Source of the DNA: Candidatus Micrarchaeota archaeon
Lineage (GTDB): Archaea > Micrarchaeota > Micrarchaeia > Micrarchaeales > CABMGC01
DNA: 36,375 nt
Direction: 5' to 3'
NCBI GenBank assembly: GCA_964548595.1
Contig: CAZJQO010000015.1
Coordinates: 1 to 36,375, forward strand
Made by a program: the position numbers and the translations under genes. Within the stretch, counting starts at the first letter, position 1. Each line of letters starts with the position of its first letter. The notes beneath the pieces were generated by a model that worked only from the letters and a program-made list of their open reading frames with translations, had not been told where the DNA came from and made no database searches. Of the stretch, positions 16,484 to 25,808 are shown in pieces.

Positions 16484-16559
16484 GGAACGGGTCATGGAAA
16501 GCAGGAAAGGCGAGAGCGACAGGGTCACGTGTATTTAGGCTTCTGCACCGGCAAATGCG

Positions 16560-17216
16560 TCATGCCAGCGTCCTTATCTGGTACCTGCCGCGCCTCTCTA
16601 TGCCCGCAAGCCTGTCGAGCACCTGCTTTGCGTCCCGGTACGCCTTGGAATACGCTTCCAGCATGGATTCGAAATCATTCCTCTTTATCGCACGCTTCAT
16701 CAGCAGCAGGTCTATCGCCTTCTCTTCTATGCTCTTTGTTATATCGGAGAGGCCGAAGTCTATCACGCACACGTCTCCGCGCCTCAGAAGTATGTTTGCC
16801 GGGGTGAAGTCGCCGTGCGCGATATCAGCAGCATGAAGCTTGGCGAGTTCGGCGCCTATGCGCGCGTAAGCCGCGCCTCCCTTCCCGGCGTCTTTCAGCA
16901 GCGTGCCTTCTATCTTCTCCATGTATATGGTGAACTCACCGAGCGCAAGCAGAGCCGGAGCGTTTACGCCGTTTTCCCTGGCCCTTAGCATAGCCCGCGC
17001 CTCTTTCTTTGTCCTGCTCCTCCTCAACATAACATCAAGTTCCTTTATCCTGTAGGCCTTGGGCTGCCTTGCCTTTGCTATCACCCTGCTGCCAAACATG
17101 CCTGTCTCGAATATCTGCGCCTCAGCGCCTTCTCCGATCTTGTTTGCGGTGCCTTTTATGCAAACACCTACGGCACCAGCGCCGCCTCTATCCTGTAGCG
17201 TTGCTTGATGTAGCAA
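16560..17216 (-). CDS. bud32: Bud32/PRPK-type atypical kinase (KEOPS subunit)
   Basis: The ORF carries IGEGAEAQIF (P-loop-like), IAHGDFTPANILL (catalytic loop) and VIDFGLS (DFG). The start codon is uncertain. The only upstream in-frame start is the TTG at 17216, which overlaps kae1 by 49 nt. Confidence 0.8.
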   Translation of the reverse strand: MLHQATLQDRGGAGAVGVCIKGTANKIGEGAEAQIFETGMFGSRVIAKARQPKAYRIKELDVMLRRSRTKKEARAMLRARENGVNAPALLALGEFTIYMEKIEGTLLKDAGKGGAAYARIGAELAKLHAADIAHGDFTPANILLRRGDVCVIDFGLSDITKSIEEKAIDLLLMKRAIKRNDFESMLEAYSKAYRDAKQVLDRLAGIERRGRYQIRTLA

Positions 17217-18142
17217 TCCGCGATGTTTTCTCTTATTCCTTTCTCCAGCAGCCGTTCAGCCACGTATGCTATCATTGCTCCGTTGTCTGCGTTGTACTCG
17301 TTTCCTGCGTATCCGAACCTTATCTTGTGTTCCTTGCACATAGTACCCAGCATCTCCTTCAGCCTCTCGCTCTGCGCCACTCCGCCGCAGACGCACAATT
17401 CACTGTTGTTTGTGAGCAGCAGAGCGCGCTCCGTGGCTTCGCAGAGCATCGCAAAAGCCGTTTCCTGTATCGAGTAGCAAAGATCCCTTCTGCTCTTCTC
17501 CTTTGCCAATCCGGATGCATAGGTCAGAAGGCCTGTGAACGAGAAATCCATGCCCTTCACAGTGTAGGGCATAGGAACATATCTGCCCAGCTTCGCCTCC
17601 TTTGCCACACTAGAACCCCAGGCCGGATTGAGTCTTATGCTTCTTGCAAACGCGTCGAGCATGTTGCCTATGCCTATGTCAAACGTTTCGCCGAGCACAG
17701 CGTAGTGCCTGCCGGGCTTCTCCTCCAGCCTTAGTATCTGGGAGTTGCCGCCGCTCACGTAGAGTGCGATCGGTTTTTTGAGCCCTGCTTCTTTCCTGGC
17801 TATCTCCACATGAGCCACCGCATGGTTGACTGGCGCTATTGGTATGTGGAGCCTGCTAGCGATTGTCTTTGCAGAGAGCATGCCGACCTGCAGGCACGGT
17901 CCCATGCCAGGTCCCATGGTGTAGCCCACGCCATCCAGGTCACGGGCCTTTATGCCTGCATTTTCTAGTGCAGCCTTTATTACTGCGGCCGCGTTCTTCG
18001 AGTGCAGCTCTGCCACCCTTGCGGGTATCATGCCCTTGGTGGTTATACTGTACATGCGTTTCTCGTTGGACAGCACCCTGCCCTGCTCCACTACGCCTGC
18101 TCCGAACGTGTGAGCGCTGCTTTCTATTCCCAGCACAAGCAT
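17168..18142 (-). CDS. kae1: Kae1, tRNA N6-adenosine threonylcarbamoyltransferase (KEOPS catalytic subunit)
   Basis: The 324-aa ORF has MLVLGIESSAHTFGAGVV, the metal-binding VNHAVAHVE, YVSGGNSQ and GGVAQSERL. Confidence 0.9.
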   Translation of the reverse strand: MLVLGIESSAHTFGAGVVEQGRVLSNEKRMYSITTKGMIPARVAELHSKNAAAVIKAALENAGIKARDLDGVGYTMGPGMGPCLQVGMLSAKTIASRLHIPIAPVNHAVAHVEIARKEAGLKKPIALYVSGGNSQILRLEEKPGRHYAVLGETFDIGIGNMLDAFARSIRLNPAWGSSVAKEAKLGRYVPMPYTVKGMDFSFTGLLTYASGLAKEKSRRDLCYSIQETAFAMLCEATERALLLTNNSELCVCGGVAQSERLKEMLGTMCKEHKIRFGYAGNEYNADNGAMIAYVAERLLEKGIRENIADCYIKQRYRIEAALVP

Positions 18143-18270
18143 TATGCCACTTCCAACTCCCCGGACCTCCTATTTAGTGGAAGTTCAGCTTCCAGCTACC
18201 ATTTAATAAATGTTTCATACATAAATGCATGCTGTACTCCTTCCAGTTAGCCCAGCTTTTCTCAGGTTAA

Positions 18271-18507
18271 GTGGTGTTCTTGAATAGGTCCTCCAACGAG
18301 CTCGTACCACCACACAAGGTACTGAGCGCCAGCGAGGCAAACGCGCTCTTCAAGAAGATGGGCCTTACTGCAGCAAATCTGCCGAAGATATTCACCACCG
18401 ACCCGCAGGCCGTAGCGCTGGGCGCGAAGTCGGGAGACATAATAGAGATAGACAGGAACGACTTCGGCAAGAAGTACAAGTACTACAGGCACGTGGTAGA
18501 GGAATAG
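18271..18507 (+). CDS. rpoH: RNA polymerase subunit H (Rpo5)
   Basis: The 78-aa ORF reads ELVPPHKVLSASEANALFKKMGLTAANLPKIFTTDPQAVALGAKSGDIIEIDR. The start is GTG or TTG. It is the first gene of the rpo operon. Confidence 0.85.
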   Translation: MVFLNRSSNELVPPHKVLSASEANALFKKMGLTAANLPKIFTTDPQAVALGAKSGDIIEIDRNDFGKKYKYYRHVVEE

Positions 18508-19989
18508 GTGATTATTGTGTCTAAGAATGTATTGCTAGAGTCGTTTCTTGCGTCGAATTCTCTGGTGCAGCACCAGGTAGAGAGCTACAACAGGTTCGTG
18601 GCCAATGACCTTCAGAAGATAATAGACCAGCAGGGCCTGATAGAGCCCAGCGTCGAAGGGTTTGCGCTGAAGCTTGGCAGGATAAGGCTGGACAAGCCGT
18701 CGGTGATAGAAGCAGACAGCTCGAGGCGCTACATACTGCCCAACGAGGCCAGGCTCAGGAACCTCACCTATTCGGCTCCTATGTTCCTCGAGTTCGTGCC
18801 TGTCATAAGGGGCATAGAGAAAGAGGCCAGCTACGGAGAGGTGTTCATAGGCGAGCTGCCGGTGCTGGTGCGCAGCAGTCTGTGCCATTTCAGGACGATG
18901 ACAAGGAACCAGCTGATCGAGAACGGAGAGGATGCTGATGATCCCGGCGGCTATTTCATAATAAAGGGCACAGAGCGAGTGCTGATAGGCCTTGAGGACA
19001 TCGCGCCGAACAGAGTAATAGTGAGCAAGGAGCGCAGCGGGACAGAGGTGGTGGGCAAAGTGTTCTCCACGGCTACTGGCTTCAGGGCCCCCACTTCCGT
19101 GGTGAGGAACCAGAACGGTCTGCTTAGCGTCGAGTTCCCTACGCTGCACAAGCCAGTGGGCTTCGTGCTCCTGCTGCGCGCTCTCGGCATATCTGTGGGC
19201 GATGCGCTGGAAGTGACAGGCGACCTGCTCGTCTACAAGAACGACATGCTGCTGAACATGGAGCTAAGCGAGGCCAAGGACATGGGGCCGAGCGACGCTC
19301 TTCTCGAGCTCGGCAAGTTCTCCGCGCCAGGCCAGGCAAAAGAATACCAGATCAAGAAGGCGGAGACGCAGCTCGATACGTATCTGCTGCCGCACATTGG
19401 CATGAAGCCGGATTCGAGGAAGGAGAAGGGCAGGTACCTGCTCCAGATGGCGCGCAGGGTGAGCATGACAGCCAACAACCTGGCTAGCGTAGACGACAAG
19501 GATCATTATGCAAACAAGCGGGTGAAGTTCGCGGGGCAGCTTATGGAGGAGCTCTTCGCGTACGCCTTCAAGTTCTTCGTCAAGGATGTAAAGTACCAGA
19601 TAGAGCGCGCCAGCGCCAGAGGAAGGAAGCTCAGCATAGCGACGCTCATAAGCCCGGAGACTATGACAGAGAAGATGCTCTACGCCATGGGCACCGGCAC
19701 ATGGGTGGCTGGCCAGACCGGCATATCGCAGGTGCTGGACAGGACCAATTTCACAAGCACGTACACTAATCTGCGCAGGGTAAAATCACCGCTGGCGAAG
19801 AGGCACCCTCACTTCAACGCCAGGGACGTGCACGGCACGCAGTGGGGCAAGATCTGCGCGATAGAGACGCCCGAGGGCCTTGACGTCGGCCTTACCAAGT
19901 ACCTGGCGCTGATGGCAAAGATAAGCGTGGGCGCGGAGGAAGGGCAGGTGGAGTCGAAGCTGAAGGAGATAAAGGGATTGGTGGATTAG
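18508..19989 (+). CDS. rpoB2: RNA polymerase subunit B'' (N-terminal half of Rpo2)
   Basis: The 493-aa ORF has LVQHQVESYNRF and GYFIIKGTERVLI. It ends where the split-B C-terminal half begins. The GTG start abuts the rpoH stop. Confidence 0.95.
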   Translation: MIIVSKNVLLESFLASNSLVQHQVESYNRFVANDLQKIIDQQGLIEPSVEGFALKLGRIRLDKPSVIEADSSRRYILPNEARLRNLTYSAPMFLEFVPVIRGIEKEASYGEVFIGELPVLVRSSLCHFRTMTRNQLIENGEDADDPGGYFIIKGTERVLIGLEDIAPNRVIVSKERSGTEVVGKVFSTATGFRAPTSVVRNQNGLLSVEFPTLHKPVGFVLLLRALGISVGDALEVTGDLLVYKNDMLLNMELSEAKDMGPSDALLELGKFSAPGQAKEYQIKKAETQLDTYLLPHIGMKPDSRKEKGRYLLQMARRVSMTANNLASVDDKDHYANKRVKFAGQLMEELFAYAFKFFVKDVKYQIERASARGRKLSIATLISPETMTEKMLYAMGTGTWVAGQTGISQVLDRTNFTSTYTNLRRVKSPLAKRHPHFNARDVHGTQWGKICAIETPEGLDVGLTKYLALMAKISVGAEEGQVESKLKEIKGLVD

Positions 19990-21822
19990 ATGGCAAAGGT
20001 GCAGGTAAGTGAGAAGTGCTACGTTCTGCTTAACGGAAGGTCCATAGGCGTGGCCTCAGACCCACAGGCATACATCAGCGAGGTTAGGTCATACCGCAGG
20101 AAGGGCCTCATATCGGGCGAGGTCAACGTCGCCTACATAAAGAAGCTCAACGAGGTGCATGTCAACACGGACAGGGGCAGAGTGAGGAAGCCTTACATAA
20201 TAGTAGAGGGCGGGAAGAGCAGGCTCACCAAGGAGCTTCTTGAGAAGCTGGAGAAGAAAGAGATAGACTTCAACTACCTTGTTAGGAACGGCGTGGCAGA
20301 GTTCCTGGATGCCGAAGAGGAGGAGAACGCGCTCGTGGCCATGGACGAGAGCAAGATAACGCCTGACAGCACCCACCTTGAAGCCGATCCTTCATCCGTC
20401 TTCGGATTCACTATTAGCACCAGCCCGTTCCCGGAGACGAACGCAGCTCCTAGGCAGCTCATGTCAGCAAGCTACATAAAGCAGGCGCAGGGCATGTACG
20501 CCACCAACTTCAACAGGAGGTACGAGTCAAGGGCGTACGTGCTCTACTATCCGCAGGCGCCGATAGTGTCAACCGCAACTTACGAGTCGCTGAAGCTGGG
20601 CAGGCACGCTTCAGGCCAGAACTTCGTGGTCGCTATTTCTACTTACTACGGCTACAACATGCAGGACGCTATCGTGTTGAACAGGGGCGCGGTTGACAGG
20701 GGCCTTGCAAGAAGCATGTCCTTCAAGACATACGGTGACGAGGAGAGAAGGTACCCCGGGGGCCAGAAGGACGCTTTCAAGATACCGCCCGCGACAACAG
20801 AGGGCTACATGGGCGAGCACGCGTACGCGAAGCTGAGCGAAGACGGAGTGATAGAGCCAGAGACAAAGGTAGGCGAGGGTGACGTGCTTATAGGCAAAGT
20901 GGCTCCTCCAAGGTTCCTCGAGGAGAGCATAGGCACGGGCGGCCTGGAGGCGAAGATGCGCGACGACTCAGTGGCGCTGAAGCCCGGAGAGAGCGGCGTG
21001 GTGGATGACGTTGTGTTCAGCGAGTCGCCTGGCGCCACAAAGATAGTGAAGGTGAGGGTGAGGAGCGCCAAGGTGCCCGAGATCGGGGACAAGTTCGGGA
21101 GCAGGCACGGGCAGAAAGGAGTTGTGGCGCTGGTGGTACCTGAGGAGGACATGCCGTTCACCGAGCAGGGCGTCAAGCCTGACCTCATGCTGAACCCGCA
21201 TGCGATACCCACCAGGATGACCTTCGGCTACCTGCTCGAGACCTTCGGAGCCAAGGCCGGCGCGCTGAAGGGTATGAGACAGGACGGAACACCGTTCACG
21301 CAGAGGGGCAGGAGCAGGGTGGAGGAATACGGGAAGATGCTTGAGGCGCACGGCTTCGACAAATCTGGAGAGGAGACGATGTACGACGGCATAACGGGCA
21401 AGGCGTTCGGCGCGAAGCTGTTCACTGGCATATTGTACTACAACAGGCTGCATCACATGGTGAGCAACAAGCTGCAGGTGAGGAGCAGGGGCACTGTGCA
21501 GATACTGACGCACCAGCCTACCGAGGGCAAGGCGAGGCTCGGCGGCCTGAGGTTCGGAGAGATGGAGCGAGACGTGCTGGTGGGCTACGGCGCAAGCATG
21601 GCGGTCAAGGAGCGAATGCTGGATCAGAGCGACAAGGCGCCCATACTGATATGCAAGGACTGCGGCAGCACAGGCTACAGGGACTTCGCCAAGCGCGCCA
21701 ACGTCTGCCCGCTCTGCGGCAGCACCAAGCTCGTCGAGGTCGAGATAAGCTACGCTTTCAAGCTGCTGCTCGACGAGATAAGGAGCCTGCACATAAGTCC
21801 GAGGATAAGGGTGGAAGAATGA
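19990..21822 (+). CDS. rpoB1: RNA polymerase subunit B' (C-terminal half of Rpo2)
   Basis: The 610-aa ORF has GDKFGSRHGQKG and GGLRFGEMERD. The C-terminal zinc ribbon is CKDCGS...CPLCGS. Confidence 0.95.
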   Translation: MAKVQVSEKCYVLLNGRSIGVASDPQAYISEVRSYRRKGLISGEVNVAYIKKLNEVHVNTDRGRVRKPYIIVEGGKSRLTKELLEKLEKKEIDFNYLVRNGVAEFLDAEEEENALVAMDESKITPDSTHLEADPSSVFGFTISTSPFPETNAAPRQLMSASYIKQAQGMYATNFNRRYESRAYVLYYPQAPIVSTATYESLKLGRHASGQNFVVAISTYYGYNMQDAIVLNRGAVDRGLARSMSFKTYGDEERRYPGGQKDAFKIPPATTEGYMGEHAYAKLSEDGVIEPETKVGEGDVLIGKVAPPRFLEESIGTGGLEAKMRDDSVALKPGESGVVDDVVFSESPGATKIVKVRVRSAKVPEIGDKFGSRHGQKGVVALVVPEEDMPFTEQGVKPDLMLNPHAIPTRMTFGYLLETFGAKAGALKGMRQDGTPFTQRGRSRVEEYGKMLEAHGFDKSGEETMYDGITGKAFGAKLFTGILYYNRLHHMVSNKLQVRSRGTVQILTHQPTEGKARLGGLRFGEMERDVLVGYGASMAVKERMLDQSDKAPILICKDCGSTGYRDFAKRANVCPLCGSTKLVEVEISYAFKLLLDEIRSLHISPRIRVEE

Positions 21823-24380
21823 CGCTGCAAGCGGAAGTAATAAAGCAGATAAAGTTCGGCGTGTTCTCAGAGGAGCAGATAAAGCGCATGAGCGTGGCCA
21901 AGCTGACTGTACCGGATACGTACAACGAGGATGGCTACCCCATAGACGGCGGACTTCTGGATCAGCGCCTCGGCGTGGTTGATCCGGGCCTGGTCTGCAA
22001 GACCTGCGGAGGCAGGGCGAAGGTCTGCCCGGGCCACTTCGGCCACGTGGAGATGGTCAGGCCTGTTGTGCACGCTGAATTCGCTAAGATAATATACATG
22101 GTGCTCCAGGCTACGTGCCAGAAGTGCCACAGGATACTGCTGAACGACGAGCAGCTCACCGTATTCAAGAAGGAGAGCAGCGAGGAGCTGATCAGCGACG
22201 AGCAGCCGCAGGAGCAGAGCGACACAGAGAAGCACGCCGAGCAGGCGATGCTGAAGAAAGTAAAGGGGGTAAAGAAGTGCCCACACTGCGGCACGGTGCA
22301 GGAGAAGCTAAGGTTCTCCATGCCCACATATTTCAACCTGGGCGAACGCAGGCTGAAGCCTGACGAGCTTAAGGACATGCTCGCGAAGGTGAGCGACGGC
22401 GACCTCGCAGTGCTTGGCATAGATCCTGCTACGAGCAGGCCCGAAAGCTTCATACTAACCACGCTTCTTGTGCCCCCGGTAACTACGAGGCCCAGCATAA
22501 CGCTTGAGACAGGAGAGAGGAGCGAGGACGACCTGACGCACAAGCTCGTGGACATAATGAGGATAAACCAGAGGCTGGAGCAGAACATAAATGCAGGAGC
22601 GCCGCAGATAATAATCGACGACCTCTGGGAGCTGCTGCAGTACCATATAACCACCTATTTCAACAACGAGACTTCGGGCATACCGCCGGCGAGGCACAGG
22701 AGCGGGCGGGCCCTCAAGACGCTGGCGCAGAGGCTGAAGGGCAAGGAGGGCCGCTTCAGGTACAACCTCTCCGGCAAGCGAGTCAACTACTCTGCGAGGA
22801 CGGTGATCAGCATCGAGCCTGCCATAGACATAGACGAGGTGGGGGTGCCGAGGGAAGTGGCGGATGTAATGACGGTGCCTTTCTACGTCACCGAATGGAA
22901 CTTCGAGGCTGCGAAGAAGCTGCTCGCAAACAACGAGTACCCTATGGTAATCAACGTGATAGCGCTGGACGGCAAGCGCAAGCGAATCCTTGACACCAAC
23001 AAGGAGGAGATAGCAAAGGAGGTCAGGCCTGGCTACGTGCTCGAGAGGCAGCTGCAGGACGGCGACCTTGCGCTGTTCAACAGGCAGCCTTCGCTGCACA
23101 GGATAAGCATAATGGCCCACAGGGTCAAGGTGCTGCCTGGCAAGACGTTCAGGATAACGTACCCGGCGACAATACCGTACAACGCAGACTTCGACGGGGA
23201 CGAGATGAACCTGCACATACCGCAGACGCTGGAATCGCAGGCGGAGGCCAAGTATCTGATGGAGGCCCAGTACCAGATATTCTCGCCCAGGGACGGGATA
23301 GTGATAATGGCCAACGGGGAGGACAGCATAATGGCGCTCTTCATGCTCACCCAGGACAGCACCAGGATGAGCAAGGAAGATGCTTGCTATTTGCTCAGCA
23401 CAGCGCAGATAAGGGGACTTCCGAAGCAGGAGCGCGACGGCACATACTCGGGCAAGGCTGTATTCTCTATGCTGCTGCCCGAGGACTTCAACATGGAGTA
23501 CGGCTCTGGGGACAGGAAGATAGTGATAAAGAAGGGCCAGCTGGTGGAGGGAGTTGTTGACAAGAAGGTATATGGGGGCGGGGCCAGCAACAGGCTGTTT
23601 GCAGAGCTTACGATGCAGTACGGGTTCGCGGGCCTGCGAGAGTTTATGGCCAAATCGTCAAGGCTCTCCTATGCTTATGCAACCATTAGGGGTATCTCGC
23701 TTGGTGTCAAGGAATACATAGGAACGGCCGATATATCCAAGAGCAAGGAAGAGGTGCTCGCCGCTACTCACAAGAGGGTAGATGAGCTGATAAGCCAGTA
23801 CAAGGCGAAGAAGCTGGAGCCGCTCCTGGGCCTTACGCTGAGGCAGACGCTCGAACAGATGATAACCGTTGAGCTCGACCTTTCCAGGAGCAAGGCGATA
23901 CAGGAGCTGAACAAGCGCGTGCCGAAGGAGAATGTGACGCTCCTCATGGCCAACTCGGGCGCAAGGGCCAACATACTGAACATGGAGCAGATGAGCATGT
24001 TCCTGGGCCAGCAGACTACGCGAGAGGGAGGCAGGGTGAAGCGCGGCTACTACAGCGGGCGCGTGATACCGCACGTCAGGTCCGGCGACAACAGTCCGGA
24101 GGCGCACGGATTCGTGGAAAGCGGCTTCGTGGACGGCATGATGCCGATAGAATTGCTGATGCACGCCACGGCAGGAAGGGCAAGCATAATGCAGAAGGGC
24201 CTGGTGACGCAGAGGAGCGGGTATTTGCAGAGGCGCCTGGCAAACGCGCTCCAGGATTACTATGTGGCTGAGGACAAGAGTGTAAGGGACGTGGGCAACA
24301 ACCTGGTGCAAACAATCTATGGCGGCGATGGAATAGACCCCACCAAGGTGTTGATGGCCAAGCTGGCGGCAGAGGAATGA
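21819..24380 (+). CDS. rpoA1: RNA polymerase subunit A' (Rpo1N)
   Basis: The product is 853 aa from the ATG at 21819, which overlaps the rpoB1 stop as ATGA. The zinc motif is CKTCGGRAKVCPGHFGH and the catalytic motif is NADFDGDEMN. The 56 upstream codons in the track ORF overlap rpoB1 and are rejected. Confidence 0.95.
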   Translation: MTLQAEVIKQIKFGVFSEEQIKRMSVAKLTVPDTYNEDGYPIDGGLLDQRLGVVDPGLVCKTCGGRAKVCPGHFGHVEMVRPVVHAEFAKIIYMVLQATCQKCHRILLNDEQLTVFKKESSEELISDEQPQEQSDTEKHAEQAMLKKVKGVKKCPHCGTVQEKLRFSMPTYFNLGERRLKPDELKDMLAKVSDGDLAVLGIDPATSRPESFILTTLLVPPVTTRPSITLETGERSEDDLTHKLVDIMRINQRLEQNINAGAPQIIIDDLWELLQYHITTYFNNETSGIPPARHRSGRALKTLAQRLKGKEGRFRYNLSGKRVNYSARTVISIEPAIDIDEVGVPREVADVMTVPFYVTEWNFEAAKKLLANNEYPMVINVIALDGKRKRILDTNKEEIAKEVRPGYVLERQLQDGDLALFNRQPSLHRISIMAHRVKVLPGKTFRITYPATIPYNADFDGDEMNLHIPQTLESQAEAKYLMEAQYQIFSPRDGIVIMANGEDSIMALFMLTQDSTRMSKEDACYLLSTAQIRGLPKQERDGTYSGKAVFSMLLPEDFNMEYGSGDRKIVIKKGQLVEGVVDKKVYGGGASNRLFAELTMQYGFAGLREFMAKSSRLSYAYATIRGISLGVKEYIGTADISKSKEEVLAATHKRVDELISQYKAKKLEPLLGLTLRQTLEQMITVELDLSRSKAIQELNKRVPKENVTLLMANSGARANILNMEQMSMFLGQQTTREGGRVKRGYYSGRVIPHVRSGDNSPEAHGFVESGFVDGMMPIELLMHATAGRASIMQKGLVTQRSGYLQRRLANALQDYYVAEDKSVRDVGNNLVQTIYGGDGIDPTKVLMAKLAAEE

Positions 24381-24384
24381 TTTC

Positions 24385-25434
24385 ATGCAGTACAAACGAA
24401 GTGATTTGGAGGTACAGCCAGGAGAACCGGTAGGGGTAGTTGCCGCACAGTCGCTTGGTGAGCCGGGAACCCAGATGGTGCTCCAGACTTTCCACTTCGC
24501 AGGCATAGCCTCGTATGCCACCATCACCACTTCGGGGCTTCCAAGGCTGATAGAATTGCTCGACGCGAAGAAGGCGCCATCGGTGCCACTGATGCGCATA
24601 ATGCTAAAGGAGAGCTATGCGAAGAGCTTCTCGAAGGCCGAGGAAACAGCGAAGAAGATGAGCGAGATAGAGCTCAGGAGCATAATGAAGCGCATAGTGG
24701 AGAACTTCGCCAAGGGCAGGATACTGGTGATACTCAACCGGCAGGCGCTGCAGATCGCTGAGCTTACGCCAGGGCAGGTCGCTGCAAAGCTCGCCAAGCA
24801 GCTCGGGGTAGAGGCAAAAGCGGGAGAGCACGGCAACGTGATAATATACGCGCACACGAAGAACCTGAAGGAAGTCAGGAGCATGTCGGTGAAGGCGACG
24901 AAGACGCTGATAAACGGCATAGAGGGAGCCGGCAGGGCCATGGTGATGCAGGACCAGAAGACAGGCGAGTTCTACATAGAGTCTACCGGCAGCGGCATAG
25001 AGGCGGTGATCGAAGTGGAGGGCGTGGACCCGGGCAGGATATACACCAACGACGCCTTCGCCGCTTACAGGGTCTTCGGCGTGGAAGCAGCGAGGAACGT
25101 GCTAGTGTCAGAAGTGAGCAAGACGCTGAAGGACCAGGACATAACAGTCAGCGACAGGCACCTAACGCTCGTTGCCGACGCCATGACCGCAGGCGGCTCC
25201 ATCAAGAGCATAGGCAGGCACGGGATCGTGGGCAGCAAGGAATCGGTTTTGGCAAAGGCAGCGTTCGAGGAAACGGTCAAGCACCTGATTAACGCGGCAG
25301 CGTTCGGCCAATCCGACTACATGAGGGGCGTCACCGAGAACATACTCGTGGGCAAGCAGATACCCCTTGGCACCGGCACTGTGAGGCTGGCGATAAAGAA
25401 AGACATCGCGGGGAGCAAGAGGAAAAAGCAGTAG
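24385..25434 (+). CDS. rpoA2: RNA polymerase subunit A'' (Rpo1C)
   Basis: The 349-aa ORF has GEPVGVVAAQSLGEPGTQM and GVTENILVGKQIPLGTG. Confidence 0.95.
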   Translation: MQYKRSDLEVQPGEPVGVVAAQSLGEPGTQMVLQTFHFAGIASYATITTSGLPRLIELLDAKKAPSVPLMRIMLKESYAKSFSKAEETAKKMSEIELRSIMKRIVENFAKGRILVILNRQALQIAELTPGQVAAKLAKQLGVEAKAGEHGNVIIYAHTKNLKEVRSMSVKATKTLINGIEGAGRAMVMQDQKTGEFYIESTGSGIEAVIEVEGVDPGRIYTNDAFAAYRVFGVEAARNVLVSEVSKTLKDQDITVSDRHLTLVADAMTAGGSIKSIGRHGIVGSKESVLAKAAFEETVKHLINAAAFGQSDYMRGVTENILVGKQIPLGTGTVRLAIKKDIAGSKRKKQ

Positions 25435-25440
25435 CGCGCG

Positions 25441-25466
25441 TTTTGCTTGTGTTTTGTTGTGGTTTT
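25441..25466 (+). terminator. T-rich tract after rpoA2 (possible partial archaeal terminator)
   Basis: TTTTGCTTGTGTTTTGTTGTGGTTTT contains three T4 runs between the rpoA2 stop and the Sm gene ATG. Confidence 0.3.
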
Positions 25467-25691
25467 ATGCAAGAGAGGCCTTTTGACCTGCTGAACAAGA
25501 CCATCGGGAAGAAGGTAATGATAAGGCTGAAGGGCGGCGACGGGATAAGGGGCACTGTATCGTCGTTCGACGCTCACATGAACCTGGTGCTCGACGACGC
25601 AGAGGAGCTTGGCGAGGACGGTTCTTCGAAGTCCAAGCTCGGCACCATACTGCTGCGCGGCGGCAATATACTGTTCGTGAGCCCCGTCTAG
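25467..25691 (+). CDS. Sm-like archaeal protein (SmAP/LSm)
   Basis: The product is 74 aa from the ATG at 25467. Sm1 is VMIRLKGGDGIRGTVSSFDAHMNLVLDDAEE and Sm2 is ILLRGGNILFVSP. Confidence 0.8.
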   Translation: MQERPFDLLNKTIGKKVMIRLKGGDGIRGTVSSFDAHMNLVLDDAEELGEDGSSKSKLGTILLRGGNILFVSPV

Positions 25692-25736
25692 CCTTTCAGA
25701 AGGGCATTTAAACATAAAGCAGCTAGCTTTATCGTT

Positions 25737-25808
25737 GGGCTCTTAGCGCAACGGTAGCGCGTCTGCATGGCATGCAGAAGGTTGCGGGTTCGAATCCCGC
25801 AGAGTCCA
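25737..25808 (+). tRNA. tRNA-Ala with anticodon GGC
   Basis: The sequence folds as GGGCTCT-TA-GCGC-AACGGTA-GCGC-G-TCTGC-ATGGCAT-GCAGA-AGGTT-GCGGG-TTCGAAT-CCCGC-AGAGTCC-A. The G3:U70 wobble, the alanine identity element, is present. An A/T box (CATTTAAACATAAA) lies ~25 nt upstream. Confidence 0.85.

Noticed and set aside
21651-21818. The 56-codon N-terminal extension of the rpoA1 track ORF.
   Set aside because: The extension overlaps the 3' end of rpoB1 in another frame and translates to R/Q-rich junk. The conserved Rpo1N N-terminus (MTLQAEVIKQIKFGVFS) begins at the ATG at 21819, which overlaps the rpoB1 stop as ATGA.
20968-24599. Long minus-strand ORFs inside the rpoB1/rpoA1 genes (20968-21792, 21962-22654, 22455-23216, 23658-24599).
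   Set aside because: They lie antisense to genes with unmistakable RNA polymerase motifs. Their translations are R/L/H/P-rich and low in complexity. They are shadow ORFs of the kind expected in GC-biased coding DNA.
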